This document shows positions 46,772-54,896 of a DNA stretch of 64,000 nt, piece after piece. The stretch comes from Acidimicrobiia bacterium (GTDB lineage: Bacteria; Actinomycetota; Acidimicrobiia; IMCC26256; PALSA-555). The notes beneath the pieces were generated by a model. The model saw only the letters and a list, made by a program, of their open reading frames with translations, ran no database searches and was not told the DNA's origin. The DNA lies in the NCBI GenBank assembly GCA_051986275.1, contig JBPYDT010000017.1:21621-85620 (forward strand), written 5' to 3'. Numbering within the stretch: position 1 is the stretch's first letter; each line of letters opens with the position of its first letter. A program made the translations under genes and the position numbers.

Positions 46772-47853
46772 GAGCCGTCGTGAAGGTCGGGACGTCGTCA
46801 GTCACCCGCGAGACCGGCGAGCTCGACGACGGCGCCCTCGCCAAGCTGGCCGGCGAGGTCGCGGACGCGCACGCCGCCGGCCACTCGATCGTGCTGGTCT
46901 CGTCCGGCGCGATCGCGGCGGGGCTGCCCGCCCTCGGGCTCGGCCGCCGCCCGAGCGACATCGGCACCCTCCAAGCGATCGCCGCGGTCGGCCAGCCGCG
47001 CCTGATGGCGCGCCTTGCCGACGAGTTCCGCGGCCGCGGCCTCGTCACCGGGCAGGTCCTGCTGACGCCCCACGACTTCGGGCAGCGCGCGCAGTACCTG
47101 CACGCCCGCCAGACCCTGGGCCGTCTCCTCGACCTCGACGTCGTGCCCGTCGTGAACGAGAACGACACGGTCGCCGACGACGAGATCCGCTACGGCGACA
47201 ACGACCGGCTCGCCGCGCTGGTCTCCCACCTCGTGCACGCCGACGTCCTCGTCCTGCTCACCGACACGCACGGGCTCTTCACCGCCGACCCGCGCCTCGA
47301 CACCGAGGCGTCGCTCATCGAGGAGATCCTCGAGGTCGACGCCGCCCTCGAGGCGGTCGCCGGCAGCGCCGGGAGCGACCGGGGCAGCGGCGGGATGGCC
47401 AGCAAGCTCGCGGCGGCGAAGATCGCCGCCTGGTCCGGGGTGCGCTCGGTCATCGCGTCGGCCGACACGCCGGGCGTGCTGCGCCGCGCCATCGAGGCCG
47501 AGCCGGTTGGCACCGTCGTCGTGCCTCGCCCGGCGCGCCTGCCGAGCCGCAAGCTCTGGATCGCGTTCGCCCGCGGGGCCGCCGGGCGGGTCGTGGTGGA
47601 CGCCGGCGCCCGGCGGGCACTCACCGCGGACCACCGCTCCCTGCTCCCGGCCGGGGTGCGGGCCGTCGAGGGCCGCTTCGACGCCGACGACGCCGTCGAG
47701 GTCGTCGCCGACGACGGCGTCGCCTTCGCGAAGGGCCTCGTCCGCTACGGCAGCGACGCCCTCCGCCAGGTCGCCGGCCGGCGCACCACCGACCTACCGG
47801 ACGGTGCCCCCCACGAGGTCATCCACCGCGACGACCTGGTCGTGCTCACCTGA
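46768..47853 (+). CDS. proB: glutamate 5-kinase (with PUA domain)
   Basis: The GTG overlaps the obg stop (GTGA). The sequence is VVKVGTSSVTRETGELD...IVLVSSGAIAAG...VNENDTV. The track ORF 46345 start was trimmed. Confidence 0.95.
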   Translation: MRAVVKVGTSSVTRETGELDDGALAKLAGEVADAHAAGHSIVLVSSGAIAAGLPALGLGRRPSDIGTLQAIAAVGQPRLMARLADEFRGRGLVTGQVLLTPHDFGQRAQYLHARQTLGRLLDLDVVPVVNENDTVADDEIRYGDNDRLAALVSHLVHADVLVLLTDTHGLFTADPRLDTEASLIEEILEVDAALEAVAGSAGSDRGSGGMASKLAAAKIAAWSGVRSVIASADTPGVLRRAIEAEPVGTVVVPRPARLPSRKLWIAFARGAAGRVVVDAGARRALTADHRSLLPAGVRAVEGRFDADDAVEVVADDGVAFAKGLVRYGSDALRQVAGRRTTDLPDGAPHEVIHRDDLVVLT

Positions 47854-47983
47854 GAGAAAAACCCGGGGGGGTGCTCTTGCGCCCGGCCGTGACGTCGGAC
47901 ACACTTCCTCCACTCGTCGTCGGCCGACGGGGGGAGGACCACCGATCGGGGGTCCACACGGCCGGCGCGTGGCGGGAGTGTGG

Positions 47984-48028
47984 CGCGAGGCCCGCGCCGG
48001 CGGACCACCGCAACGGCGCGGCCTCGCG
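47984..48028 (+). other. long near-perfect GC hairpin in the proB-proA spacer
   Basis: CGCGAGGCC(C)GCGCCGGCGG ACCA CCGCAACGGCGCGGCCTCGCG. About 20 bp are paired, with one bulge and a small internal mismatch around an ACCA loop. No U tract follows. Confidence 0.4.
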
Positions 48029-48099
48029 GCCCTCCCGCAGCCGCGCCGCCCCCGCCAAAGCCCCGGAGCCTCCGGCGAGGCCGCCAGTACACTCCGGTC

Positions 48100-49341
48100 G
48101 TGCCCGCCGTCGCCGAGCTGGGTCGCCGCGCCAGGGCGGCGGCCCGCCGTCTCGCCACCGCCGGGTCCGCGGCACGAGACGCCGCGCTGGGCGCGGCCGC
48201 CGACCTCCTCCTCGACCGGACCCCCGAGCTCCTCGACGCCAACGCGGCCGACGTCACCGACGCCGAGGCGGCCGGGCTCGACCCCACGCCCCTCGACCGG
48301 CTCCGGCTGACCGACGCCCGCCTCCAGGCGATGGCCGACGGCCTCCGCCAGGTCGCCGCCCTCCCCGACCCGCTCGGCGAGGTCCTCGCCGGGTGGCGAC
48401 GCCCGAACGGGCTCGAGCTGCGCCAAATCCGCGTCCCCCTCGGGGTCGTCGCCGTCATCTACGAGAACCGGCCCAACGTCACGAGCGACGCCGCGGCGAT
48501 CGCCATGAAGGCCGGCAACGCGGTGCTGCTCCGGGGGTCGGCGAGCGCCCACCGCACCAACCGGGTGATCGCCGACACGGTCCGCGACGGGCTCACGAAG
48601 GCCGGCCTCCCCGCGGACGCGACCCAGCTCCTCGACGACCCGTCGCACGAGGCCGCGGTGGAGCTCATGCGCCTCCGGGACGTCGACTGCCTCATCCCCC
48701 GGGGCGGGTACGCGCTGATCGCCAGCGTCCGGGAGCACGCGACCGTGCCGGTCATCATCGACGGGGACGGCAACTGCCACGTGTACGTCGACGCGGCCGC
48801 CGACCTCGACGAGGCGCTCGCCATCGTCGTGAACAGCAAGACGAACCGGCCCGGCGTCTGCAACGCGGCCGAGACGCTGCTCGTCCACGCCGACGTCGCC
48901 GACCGCTTCGTGCCCCGGGTCGCCGCGGTGCTCGGCGAGTACGGAGTGGAGCTGCTCGGCGACGACGCGGCGTGCCGGCTCGCGCCGATGCGCGCCGCGA
49001 CCGAGGACGACTTCGCGCGCGAGTTCCTCGACCTGCGGCTGAGCGTCGCCGTCACGCCCACCCTCGACGCCGCGCTCGACCACATCCACCGCTTCGGGAC
49101 CGGCCACACCGAGGCGATCGTGACCCGGGACCTCGACGCGGCCCGGCGCTTCACCCACGAGGTCGACGCCGGGGTCGTCATCGTCAACGCGTCGACCCGC
49201 TTCACCGACGGGGAGCGCTTCGGGTTCGGCGCCGAGATCGGCATCTCGACGCAGAAGCTCCACGCTCGCGGGCCGATGGGCCTCCAGGCGCTCACCACCT
49301 ACCGCTACGAGGTGTGGGGCGACGGCCAGGTGGTCGAGTAG
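48100..49341 (+). CDS. proA: glutamate-5-semialdehyde dehydrogenase
   Basis: Trimmed to the GTG at 48100 ([19 protein letters not shown]...), which aligns with typical ProA N-termini. It has the catalytic-Cys region [15 protein letters not shown]. The track start is 47980. Confidence 0.9.
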   Translation: MPAVAELGRRARAAARRLATAGSAARDAALGAAADLLLDRTPELLDANAADVTDAEAAGLDPTPLDRLRLTDARLQAMADGLRQVAALPDPLGEVLAGWRRPNGLELRQIRVPLGVVAVIYENRPNVTSDAAAIAMKAGNAVLLRGSASAHRTNRVIADTVRDGLTKAGLPADATQLLDDPSHEAAVELMRLRDVDCLIPRGGYALIASVREHATVPVIIDGDGNCHVYVDAAADLDEALAIVVNSKTNRPGVCNAAETLLVHADVADRFVPRVAAVLGEYGVELLGDDAACRLAPMRAATEDDFAREFLDLRLSVAVTPTLDAALDHIHRFGTGHTEAIVTRDLDAARRFTHEVDAGVVIVNASTRFTDGERFGFGAEIGISTQKLHARGPMGLQALTTYRYEVWGDGQVVE

Positions 49342-50216
49342 TGGCCGACCGCTTCACCTCGGTCGCCGACGTCACCGACCGGCTGCGCGGCGTCGACTAC
49401 CTCGCCGACTCGACGATCGCGGGCGTCGTCTACCTCGCCGACCGCCTCGAGAAGCCAGTGCTCGTCGAGGGGCCAGCCGGCGTCGGCAAGACCGAGCTCG
49501 CGAAGGCCCTCAGCCGCTCGATGGGCGCGCGCCTCATCCGGCTCCAGTGCTACGAGGGCCTCGACGAGGCGAAGGCGCTCTACGAGTGGAACTACAAGAA
49601 GCAGCTGCTGCGCATCCAGGCCGACCGCGAGCACGAGACGTCGTGGGCCGACACCGAGGCCGACATCTTCTCGGAGCCGTTCCTGCTCACCCGCCCCCTC
49701 CTCCAGGCCATCCGCGCGGAGGAGCCGGTCGTGCTCCTCATCGACGAGGTCGACCGGGTCGAGATCGAGACCGAGGCGCTGCTCCTCGAGGTGCTCTCCG
49801 ACTTCCAGGTGTCGATCCCCGAGCTCGGCACGATCGTCGGCCACCAGCGGCCGCCCGTGATCCTCACCTCGAACAACACGCGGGAGCTCTCGGAGGCGCT
49901 GAAGCGCCGCTGCCTCTACCTCCACATCGACTACCCGGACGTGGAGCGCGAGAAGGACATCGTGCGCGTCCGCGTCCCCGAGATCGACGACGAGCTCGCC
50001 GACCAGGTCGCCCGCGTCGTGCGCTCGATCCGGGACCTCGAGCTGAAGAAGGCCCCCTCGATCTCGGAGACGATCGACTGGGCGCGGACGCTCCTCTATC
50101 TCGGGACGTCCGAGATCTCGCCCGAGGTCATCGGCGAAACCCTCCACGTGCTCCTGAAGTACCAGTCCGACATCGCGAAGGCCCGCAAGGAGCTCGTGCC
50201 CACCGCGGACGCGTGA
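49341..50216 (+). CDS. MoxR-like AAA+ ATPase (AAA_5 type)
   Basis: The GTG overlaps the proA TAG by 1 nt. Walker A is VEGPAGVGKTELAKAL and Walker B is VLLIDEVDR. The track ORF 47871 start is an artefactual extension. Confidence 0.85.
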   Translation: MADRFTSVADVTDRLRGVDYLADSTIAGVVYLADRLEKPVLVEGPAGVGKTELAKALSRSMGARLIRLQCYEGLDEAKALYEWNYKKQLLRIQADREHETSWADTEADIFSEPFLLTRPLLQAIRAEEPVVLLIDEVDRVEIETEALLLEVLSDFQVSIPELGTIVGHQRPPVILTSNNTRELSEALKRRCLYLHIDYPDVEREKDIVRVRVPEIDDELADQVARVVRSIRDLELKKAPSISETIDWARTLLYLGTSEISPEVIGETLHVLLKYQSDIAKARKELVPTADA

Positions 50217-51637
50217 TGCTCGACGTCCTCCAGGGCTTCATCCACGAGCTGCGTAGCGCCGGGCTCCCGGTGTCGATGACCGAGAACCTCGACGCGATGC
50301 GCGCCGTCGAGCACATCGACATCGCCGACCGCGACGAGTTCCGGACCGCGCTCGGGGCCACGCTCGTCAAGCACCACCGCCACTGGCAGGCGTTCGAGAC
50401 CGTCTTCGACGTCTACTTCTCGCTCTACTCGCACGGCGTCGAGGCGGACGACCCCAACGCCGACGAGTGGGCCGAGCTCGCCGGTCAGGAGGGCCAGGCG
50501 GCCGGCGGCGGGCCCGGTGGGGAGCTGAGTCGCGAGGAGCTCGCGCAGATGCTCCTCGACGCGCTCATGAGCATGGACCGCGACCAGCTGCGGCGACTCG
50601 CGGCCGCGGCCGTGCAGGCCTTCGCCGGCATGGAGCCCGGACGGCCCGTGGGCGGCACGTATTACCTGTACCGGACGCTGCGCCAGCTCGACCTCGACGA
50701 CCTCGCGGCCCGTCTCGTCGGGCGGGCGCGCGACGAAGGCGACGTGCCCGACGACCCGCTCGCGGCGCGCCTGCAGGAGGAGGAGTTCCAGCGACGGCTC
50801 AGGGTGCTGCGCCAGCTCGTCGAGTCCGAGATCCGGCGCCGGCTCGTCGCCGACCGGGGCATCGAGGCGATGGCCCGGACGCTGCGCAAACCGCTGCCCG
50901 AGGACGTCGACTTCATGCACGCGTCCCGCGAGGAGATGCTCGCCCTCCAGCGCGCCATCTATCCGCTCACCCGAGCTCTCGCCGCCCGGCTGGCGCAGCG
51001 CCAGCGGCGCCGCCACCGCGGGAACCTCGACTTCCGCAAGACGGTCCGAGCCTCGCTGTCCTACGGCGGCGTGCCCGCCGAGCCCAAGTTCCGCCATCCG
51101 CACCCGTCGCGCCCCGAGATCATGGTCGTGGCCGACATCTCGGGATCGGTGGCGAGCTTCGCCCGCTTCACGCTCCAGTTCGTGTACGCGATGGCGAGCC
51201 AGTTCTCGAAGGTCCGCTCCTGGGTGTTCATCGACGGGATCGACGAGGTGACGCGCTTCTTCAACGAGGCGGACGACGTCACCGAGGCGGTGCACCGCGT
51301 GAACACCGAGGCCGACGTCGTGTGGGTCGACGGTCACTCCGACTACGGGCACGCCTTCGAGATCTTCCACGACCGCCACGAGACCGAGGTCACCCACAAG
51401 ACGTCGCTCATCTTCCTCGGCGACGCCCGCAACAACTACCACGCCTCGCAGGCCTGGGTGCTCGGCGCGCTCGGCGAGCGGGCCCGGCACGTCTACTGGC
51501 TGAACCCGGAGCCGCGCGGCTACTGGGACACGGGCGACTCGATCATGGCCGACTACACCCCGTACTGCGACGGCGTGTACGAGTGCCGCAACCTGCGCCA
51601 GCTCGAGCGGTTCGTCACGACCGTCGCCGAGGGCTAG
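50216..51637 (+). CDS. VWA domain protein, CoxE-like
   Basis: The ATG overlaps the MoxR TGA by 1 nt. The N-terminus is MLDVLQGFIHELRSAGLPVS. The MIDAS-type motif is IMVVADISGSVASF, within a C-terminal VWA fold. Confidence 0.8.
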   Translation: MLDVLQGFIHELRSAGLPVSMTENLDAMRAVEHIDIADRDEFRTALGATLVKHHRHWQAFETVFDVYFSLYSHGVEADDPNADEWAELAGQEGQAAGGGPGGELSREELAQMLLDALMSMDRDQLRRLAAAAVQAFAGMEPGRPVGGTYYLYRTLRQLDLDDLAARLVGRARDEGDVPDDPLAARLQEEEFQRRLRVLRQLVESEIRRRLVADRGIEAMARTLRKPLPEDVDFMHASREEMLALQRAIYPLTRALAARLAQRQRRRHRGNLDFRKTVRASLSYGGVPAEPKFRHPHPSRPEIMVVADISGSVASFARFTLQFVYAMASQFSKVRSWVFIDGIDEVTRFFNEADDVTEAVHRVNTEADVVWVDGHSDYGHAFEIFHDRHETEVTHKTSLIFLGDARNNYHASQAWVLGALGERARHVYWLNPEPRGYWDTGDSIMADYTPYCDGVYECRNLRQLERFVTTVAEG

Positions 51638-52290
51638 CCCGCGAGCAGGGTCCAGGCGCGGTCGGCGACCCGCGCCAGCGCGCGCAACTGCGCCCGCTCC
51701 CTCCGGCGGAAGCCGCGTCCCTCGCGGCCCACGAGCAGCGTCGCGTCGTGGACGTCGAGGCGCGCCACCGCCAGGTCGTCCGGACCGGTGCTCCCGTCCG
51801 CGACCCGGGGGGACGCCGCGGTGCCGGCGGCGAGGGCCGCCATCAGGTCCCCGCTCGGGTAGCCGATGCCGTCCACCGTCGTGACCTGGCCCGGGGCGAG
51901 GAGCGCCGCCCAGTCGGCGAGGAACTCGCGGCGCAGCAGCTCGACGAGCAACCGGTGCAGGTCCTCGGGCGACGCGGCCTCGCACAGCGCCTCGGCGGAC
52001 TCCAGCGCGTCGAGTCGGGGATCGGGGAACGACCCGACGACGCGGACCTCCTCGACCGACGTGCCGTCGACCTCCTCGATCTCGCGCACGAGCAGCTCGA
52101 CGAGGTCGAGGCCGGCCAGCTCGACCGCGAACTCGTCGACCGCGACGCGGTCGCCTCGCTCGAGGACGTCGATGCCGACGATGTCGCCGCCAACCGCGCC
52201 GACACGCGACGCCACGAGACCGAGCGCCCCGGGACGGTCGGGTAGCCACACCCGCACGAGCACGTGCGCCGGACCGGCCGACGTGTCCAC
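51634..52290 (-). CDS. ACT domain-containing protein with uncharacterised C-terminal domain
   Basis: The N-terminal VLVRVWLPDRPGALGLVASRVGAVGGDIVGIDVLE is ACT-like. The remaining ~140 aa are unassigned. Its stop shares a CTAG with the convergent VWA gene. Confidence 0.6.
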   Translation of the reverse strand: MDTSAGPAHVLVRVWLPDRPGALGLVASRVGAVGGDIVGIDVLERGDRVAVDEFAVELAGLDLVELLVREIEEVDGTSVEEVRVVGSFPDPRLDALESAEALCEAASPEDLHRLLVELLRREFLADWAALLAPGQVTTVDGIGYPSGDLMAALAAGTAASPRVADGSTGPDDLAVARLDVHDATLLVGREGRGFRRRERAQLRALARVADRAWTLLAG

Positions 52291-52336
52291 GACGCGTCAC
52301 CTTATTTCCCGACTGTGACGGGCGGATTGCCGAGGA

Positions 52337-52951
52337 GTGACATCACGAGCCGCCCCTACACTCCGGGTGGTGGGGGAGCGCATCGGCGTGCTCGGCGGCA
52401 CGTTCGATCCGGTGCACGTCGGGCACCTCGTCGCCGCCGGCGACGCCCGCTGGGCGCTGCACCTCGACCGCGTGCTGCTCGTCGTCGCCGGTGACCCGTG
52501 GCAGAAGCGCGGGCAGGTCGTCGCGTCGGCCCGCGACCGACTCGCGCTCGCCGAGGCGGCGGCCGCGGACGTCGACGGGATCGAAGCGAGCGCGGTCGAG
52601 GTCGACCGAACCGGCCCGTCGGTCACCGCGGACACGCTCGAGGAGCTGGCCGCGCCGGGCCGGGAGTTCTTCCTGCTCCTCGGCGCCGACGCCGTCGCGA
52701 ACATGCCGACCTGGCGGCGCCTCGACGAGACGCGCGACCTCGCGACGATCGTCGTCATCGAGCGCGCCGGTGACGCGCACGCCGAGCCGCCCGGGGGAGG
52801 GTGGCGCTACGAGCGGCTCTCCATCCCTCGCCTCGACGTGTCGTCGAGCGAGCTCCGGCGCCGGCTCGCCGCGGGCCGACCGGTCGACGGGCTGCTCCCC
52901 GTCCCCGTCATCCGGGAGATCCGGGCACGGGGCCTCTACACTGCGACGTGA
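52337..52951 (+). CDS. nadD: nicotinate-nucleotide adenylyltransferase
   Basis: RIGVLGGTFDPVHVGHL is the (H/T)xGH motif, and SSSELRRRL is ISSTxxR-like. The true start may be GTG 52367 or 52370. Confidence 0.9.
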   Translation: MTSRAAPTLRVVGERIGVLGGTFDPVHVGHLVAAGDARWALHLDRVLLVVAGDPWQKRGQVVASARDRLALAEAAAADVDGIEASAVEVDRTGPSVTADTLEELAAPGREFFLLLGADAVANMPTWRRLDETRDLATIVVIERAGDAHAEPPGGGWRYERLSIPRLDVSSSELRRRLAAGRPVDGLLPVPVIREIRARGLYTAT

Positions 52952-52994
52952 TGCCCCCGGCGTCCCGTCCGCTGCACCAGCTCGGGATCGCCTG

Positions 52995-53390
52995 TTGAGG
53001 AGCCCGGACCCGAGCTCGCGGCGCCGAGCAGCCGCGGCAGCCCGGGCCGCCGCCGACAAGAAGGGCGCCGACATCCTCGTCCTCGGCGTCGGCGAGATCA
53101 TCTCGATCATCGACTGCTTCGTGCTCGTCAGCGCGTCGAACACCCGTCAGGTGCGCACGATCGTGGACGAGGTCGACGCGGCGGTCGGCGCGCTCGACGG
53201 CGGTCGGCCGATCGGCGTCGAGGGTCGCGACCACGCGACCTGGGTGCTGCTCGACTACGGCGACGTCGTCGTGCATGTCTTCCTCGACGAGACCCGGGCG
53301 TTCTACGACCTCGACCGGCTGTGGGCCGACGCGCCACGGCTCGACTGGGAGCGTGATCTCGCCACCCCGGTGGCGGCCGACGGCTCCTAG
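52995..53390 (+). CDS. rsfS: ribosome silencing factor RsfS
   Basis: ADKKGADILVLGVGEIISIIDCFVLVSASNTRQVRTIVDEV...WVLLDYGDVVVHVF. A TTG start is inferred and uncertain. Confidence 0.85.
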   Translation: MRSPDPSSRRRAAAAARAAADKKGADILVLGVGEIISIIDCFVLVSASNTRQVRTIVDEVDAAVGALDGGRPIGVEGRDHATWVLLDYGDVVVHVFLDETRAFYDLDRLWADAPRLDWERDLATPVAADGS

Positions 53391-54181
53391 CCGTCCAGGT
53401 ACGGGCGCATCGGCACGCCCGCCGCGGTCAGCCCCCGCTTCAGCTCCGCGACGCCGACGTTCGCCACGCGCGGCGAGTACAGGATCGAGCTGATGATCGC
53501 CGCCTGCGCCCCGCCCTCCGTGAGCCCGGCCCGGATGTGCTCGACGTCGCCCGCGCCGCCCGACGCGATCACGGGGACGTTGACGGCGTGGGCGACGGCG
53601 CGGGTGATGTCGAGGTCGTAGCCGCTCGCCGTGCCGTCCCGGTCGATGCTGTTCACGACGATCTCGCCCGCGCCGAGCGATGCGCCCTCCCGAACCCACT
53701 CGACCGCGTCGCGGCCCGTCGCCTGGCGGGCCCCGTCGACGAAGACCTCGTAGCCGCTGCGGATCCCGTGGCGACGCCCCACCCGCTTGACCTGCGTGCT
53801 CAGCACCATGCACTGCCGGCCGAACGCCTCGGCGCCCGCCCGGATGATCGACGGGTCACGCACGGCCATCGAGTCGACGCTGATCTTCTCGGCGCCCGCC
53901 TTCAGCACCTCGTACATGTCGTCGACCGAGCGGATCCCGCCCCCCACCGTGAACGGGACGAAGACGTGGCGCGCCACGCGCCGCACCGTCTCGAGGTCGA
54001 TCTTGCGCCGCTCGGCGCTCGCCGTGATGTCGTAGAAGACGATCTCGTCGATCTGGTCGTCGTAGAGACGCGCCGCGAGCGCCTCGGCCGGCGCGACGTC
54101 GACGTTGTCCTGGAACTGCTGCGCCTTCGTGACCCGCCCCGCGATGACGTCGAAGCAGGCGATCAGCCTCTTCGTCAGCAC
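53387..54181 (-). CDS. HisF-like (beta/alpha)8 cyclase-subunit paralogue of imidazole glycerol phosphate synthase
   Basis: The GTG start is embedded in GTGCTGA, overlapping the hisH-like stop. The sequence is LTKRLIACFDVIAGRV...IDEIVFYDITAS...FTVGGGIRS...GAGEIVVNSIDRDGT...VIASGGAG. It lacks the usual GDP motif, and Gln sits where the second catalytic Asp aligns by eye. Confidence 0.85.
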   Translation of the reverse strand: MLTKRLIACFDVIAGRVTKAQQFQDNVDVAPAEALAARLYDDQIDEIVFYDITASAERRKIDLETVRRVARHVFVPFTVGGGIRSVDDMYEVLKAGAEKISVDSMAVRDPSIIRAGAEAFGRQCMVLSTQVKRVGRRHGIRSGYEVFVDGARQATGRDAVEWVREGASLGAGEIVVNSIDRDGTASGYDLDITRAVAHAVNVPVIASGGAGDVEHIRAGLTEGGAQAAIISSILYSPRVANVGVAELKRGLTAAGVPMRPYLDG

Positions 54182-54786
54182 CGGTGCTCCCAGCGCGAGA
54201 ACCGTTCGAGCAGGCCGAGCCCGACCGGCCCGCTCTTCTCCGCGTGGAACTGCGTGGCGACGATGTTGTCGCGCGCCGCGATCGAGCAGAACGGCGCCGC
54301 GTACTCCGTGACGCCCAGCACGGCGTCGGGGTCGGCGGGCTCGCAGAAATACGAGTTGACGAAGTAGCAGTAGGCGGGGGAGGGCAGCCCGTCGGTCACC
54401 GGGTGCTCCCGCGTCGTCGTGACCTCGTTCCAGCCGATCTGGGGCACGCGCACGGTGTCGGGGAACCGACGCACGACGCCGGGGAGCCAGCCGAGCGTGT
54501 CGACGTCGCCCTCCTCGGAGTGCTCGAAGAGCACCTGCAGGCCGATGCAGATGCCGAGGAACGGCACGCCGTCCCGGAGCACGCGCTCGGTGAGCACGTC
54601 GACGAGGTCGGCCGCGTACAGCGAGTCGAGGGTCGCAAGCGCCGCCCCGACGCCCGGCAGCACCAGCCGGTCGGCACGACGCACGGCGGCCGCGTCGCGG
54701 ACGAGGCGGTGCTCCACCCCGAGGTGCGCAAGCGCGTACCCGACACTCGGCGCGTTCCCCGCCTGGTAGTCGATGACCCCGATCAC
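54175..54786 (-). CDS. HisH-like class I glutamine amidotransferase subunit
   Basis: VIGVIDYQAGNAPSV...PGVGA...FLGICIGLQVLF has the catalytic Cys, and TQFHAEKSG has the His/Glu. Confidence 0.85.
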   Translation of the reverse strand: MIGVIDYQAGNAPSVGYALAHLGVEHRLVRDAAAVRRADRLVLPGVGAALATLDSLYAADLVDVLTERVLRDGVPFLGICIGLQVLFEHSEEGDVDTLGWLPGVVRRFPDTVRVPQIGWNEVTTTREHPVTDGLPSPAYCYFVNSYFCEPADPDAVLGVTEYAAPFCSIAARDNIVATQFHAEKSGPVGLGLLERFSRWEHRC

Positions 54787-54836
54787 GCGGCGAGTCTACG
54801 AAGCGCCGTCGCGACGACCACCGACGGATTCGCGCG

Positions 54837-54852
54837 CTGAGAGGTCTCTCAG
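54837..54852. promoter_or_regulatory. perfect 16-bp palindrome in divergent promoter region (candidate operator)
   Basis: CTGAGAGGTCTCTCAG is a 7-bp inverted repeat with a 2-bp centre. It lies between the hisH-like start (54786) and the ABC ATPase start (54897). Confidence 0.3.
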
Positions 54853-54896
54853 AGGCGGTGCGGGCCACGGACCGACCCCCGGGTAGCCTCGCCGGC

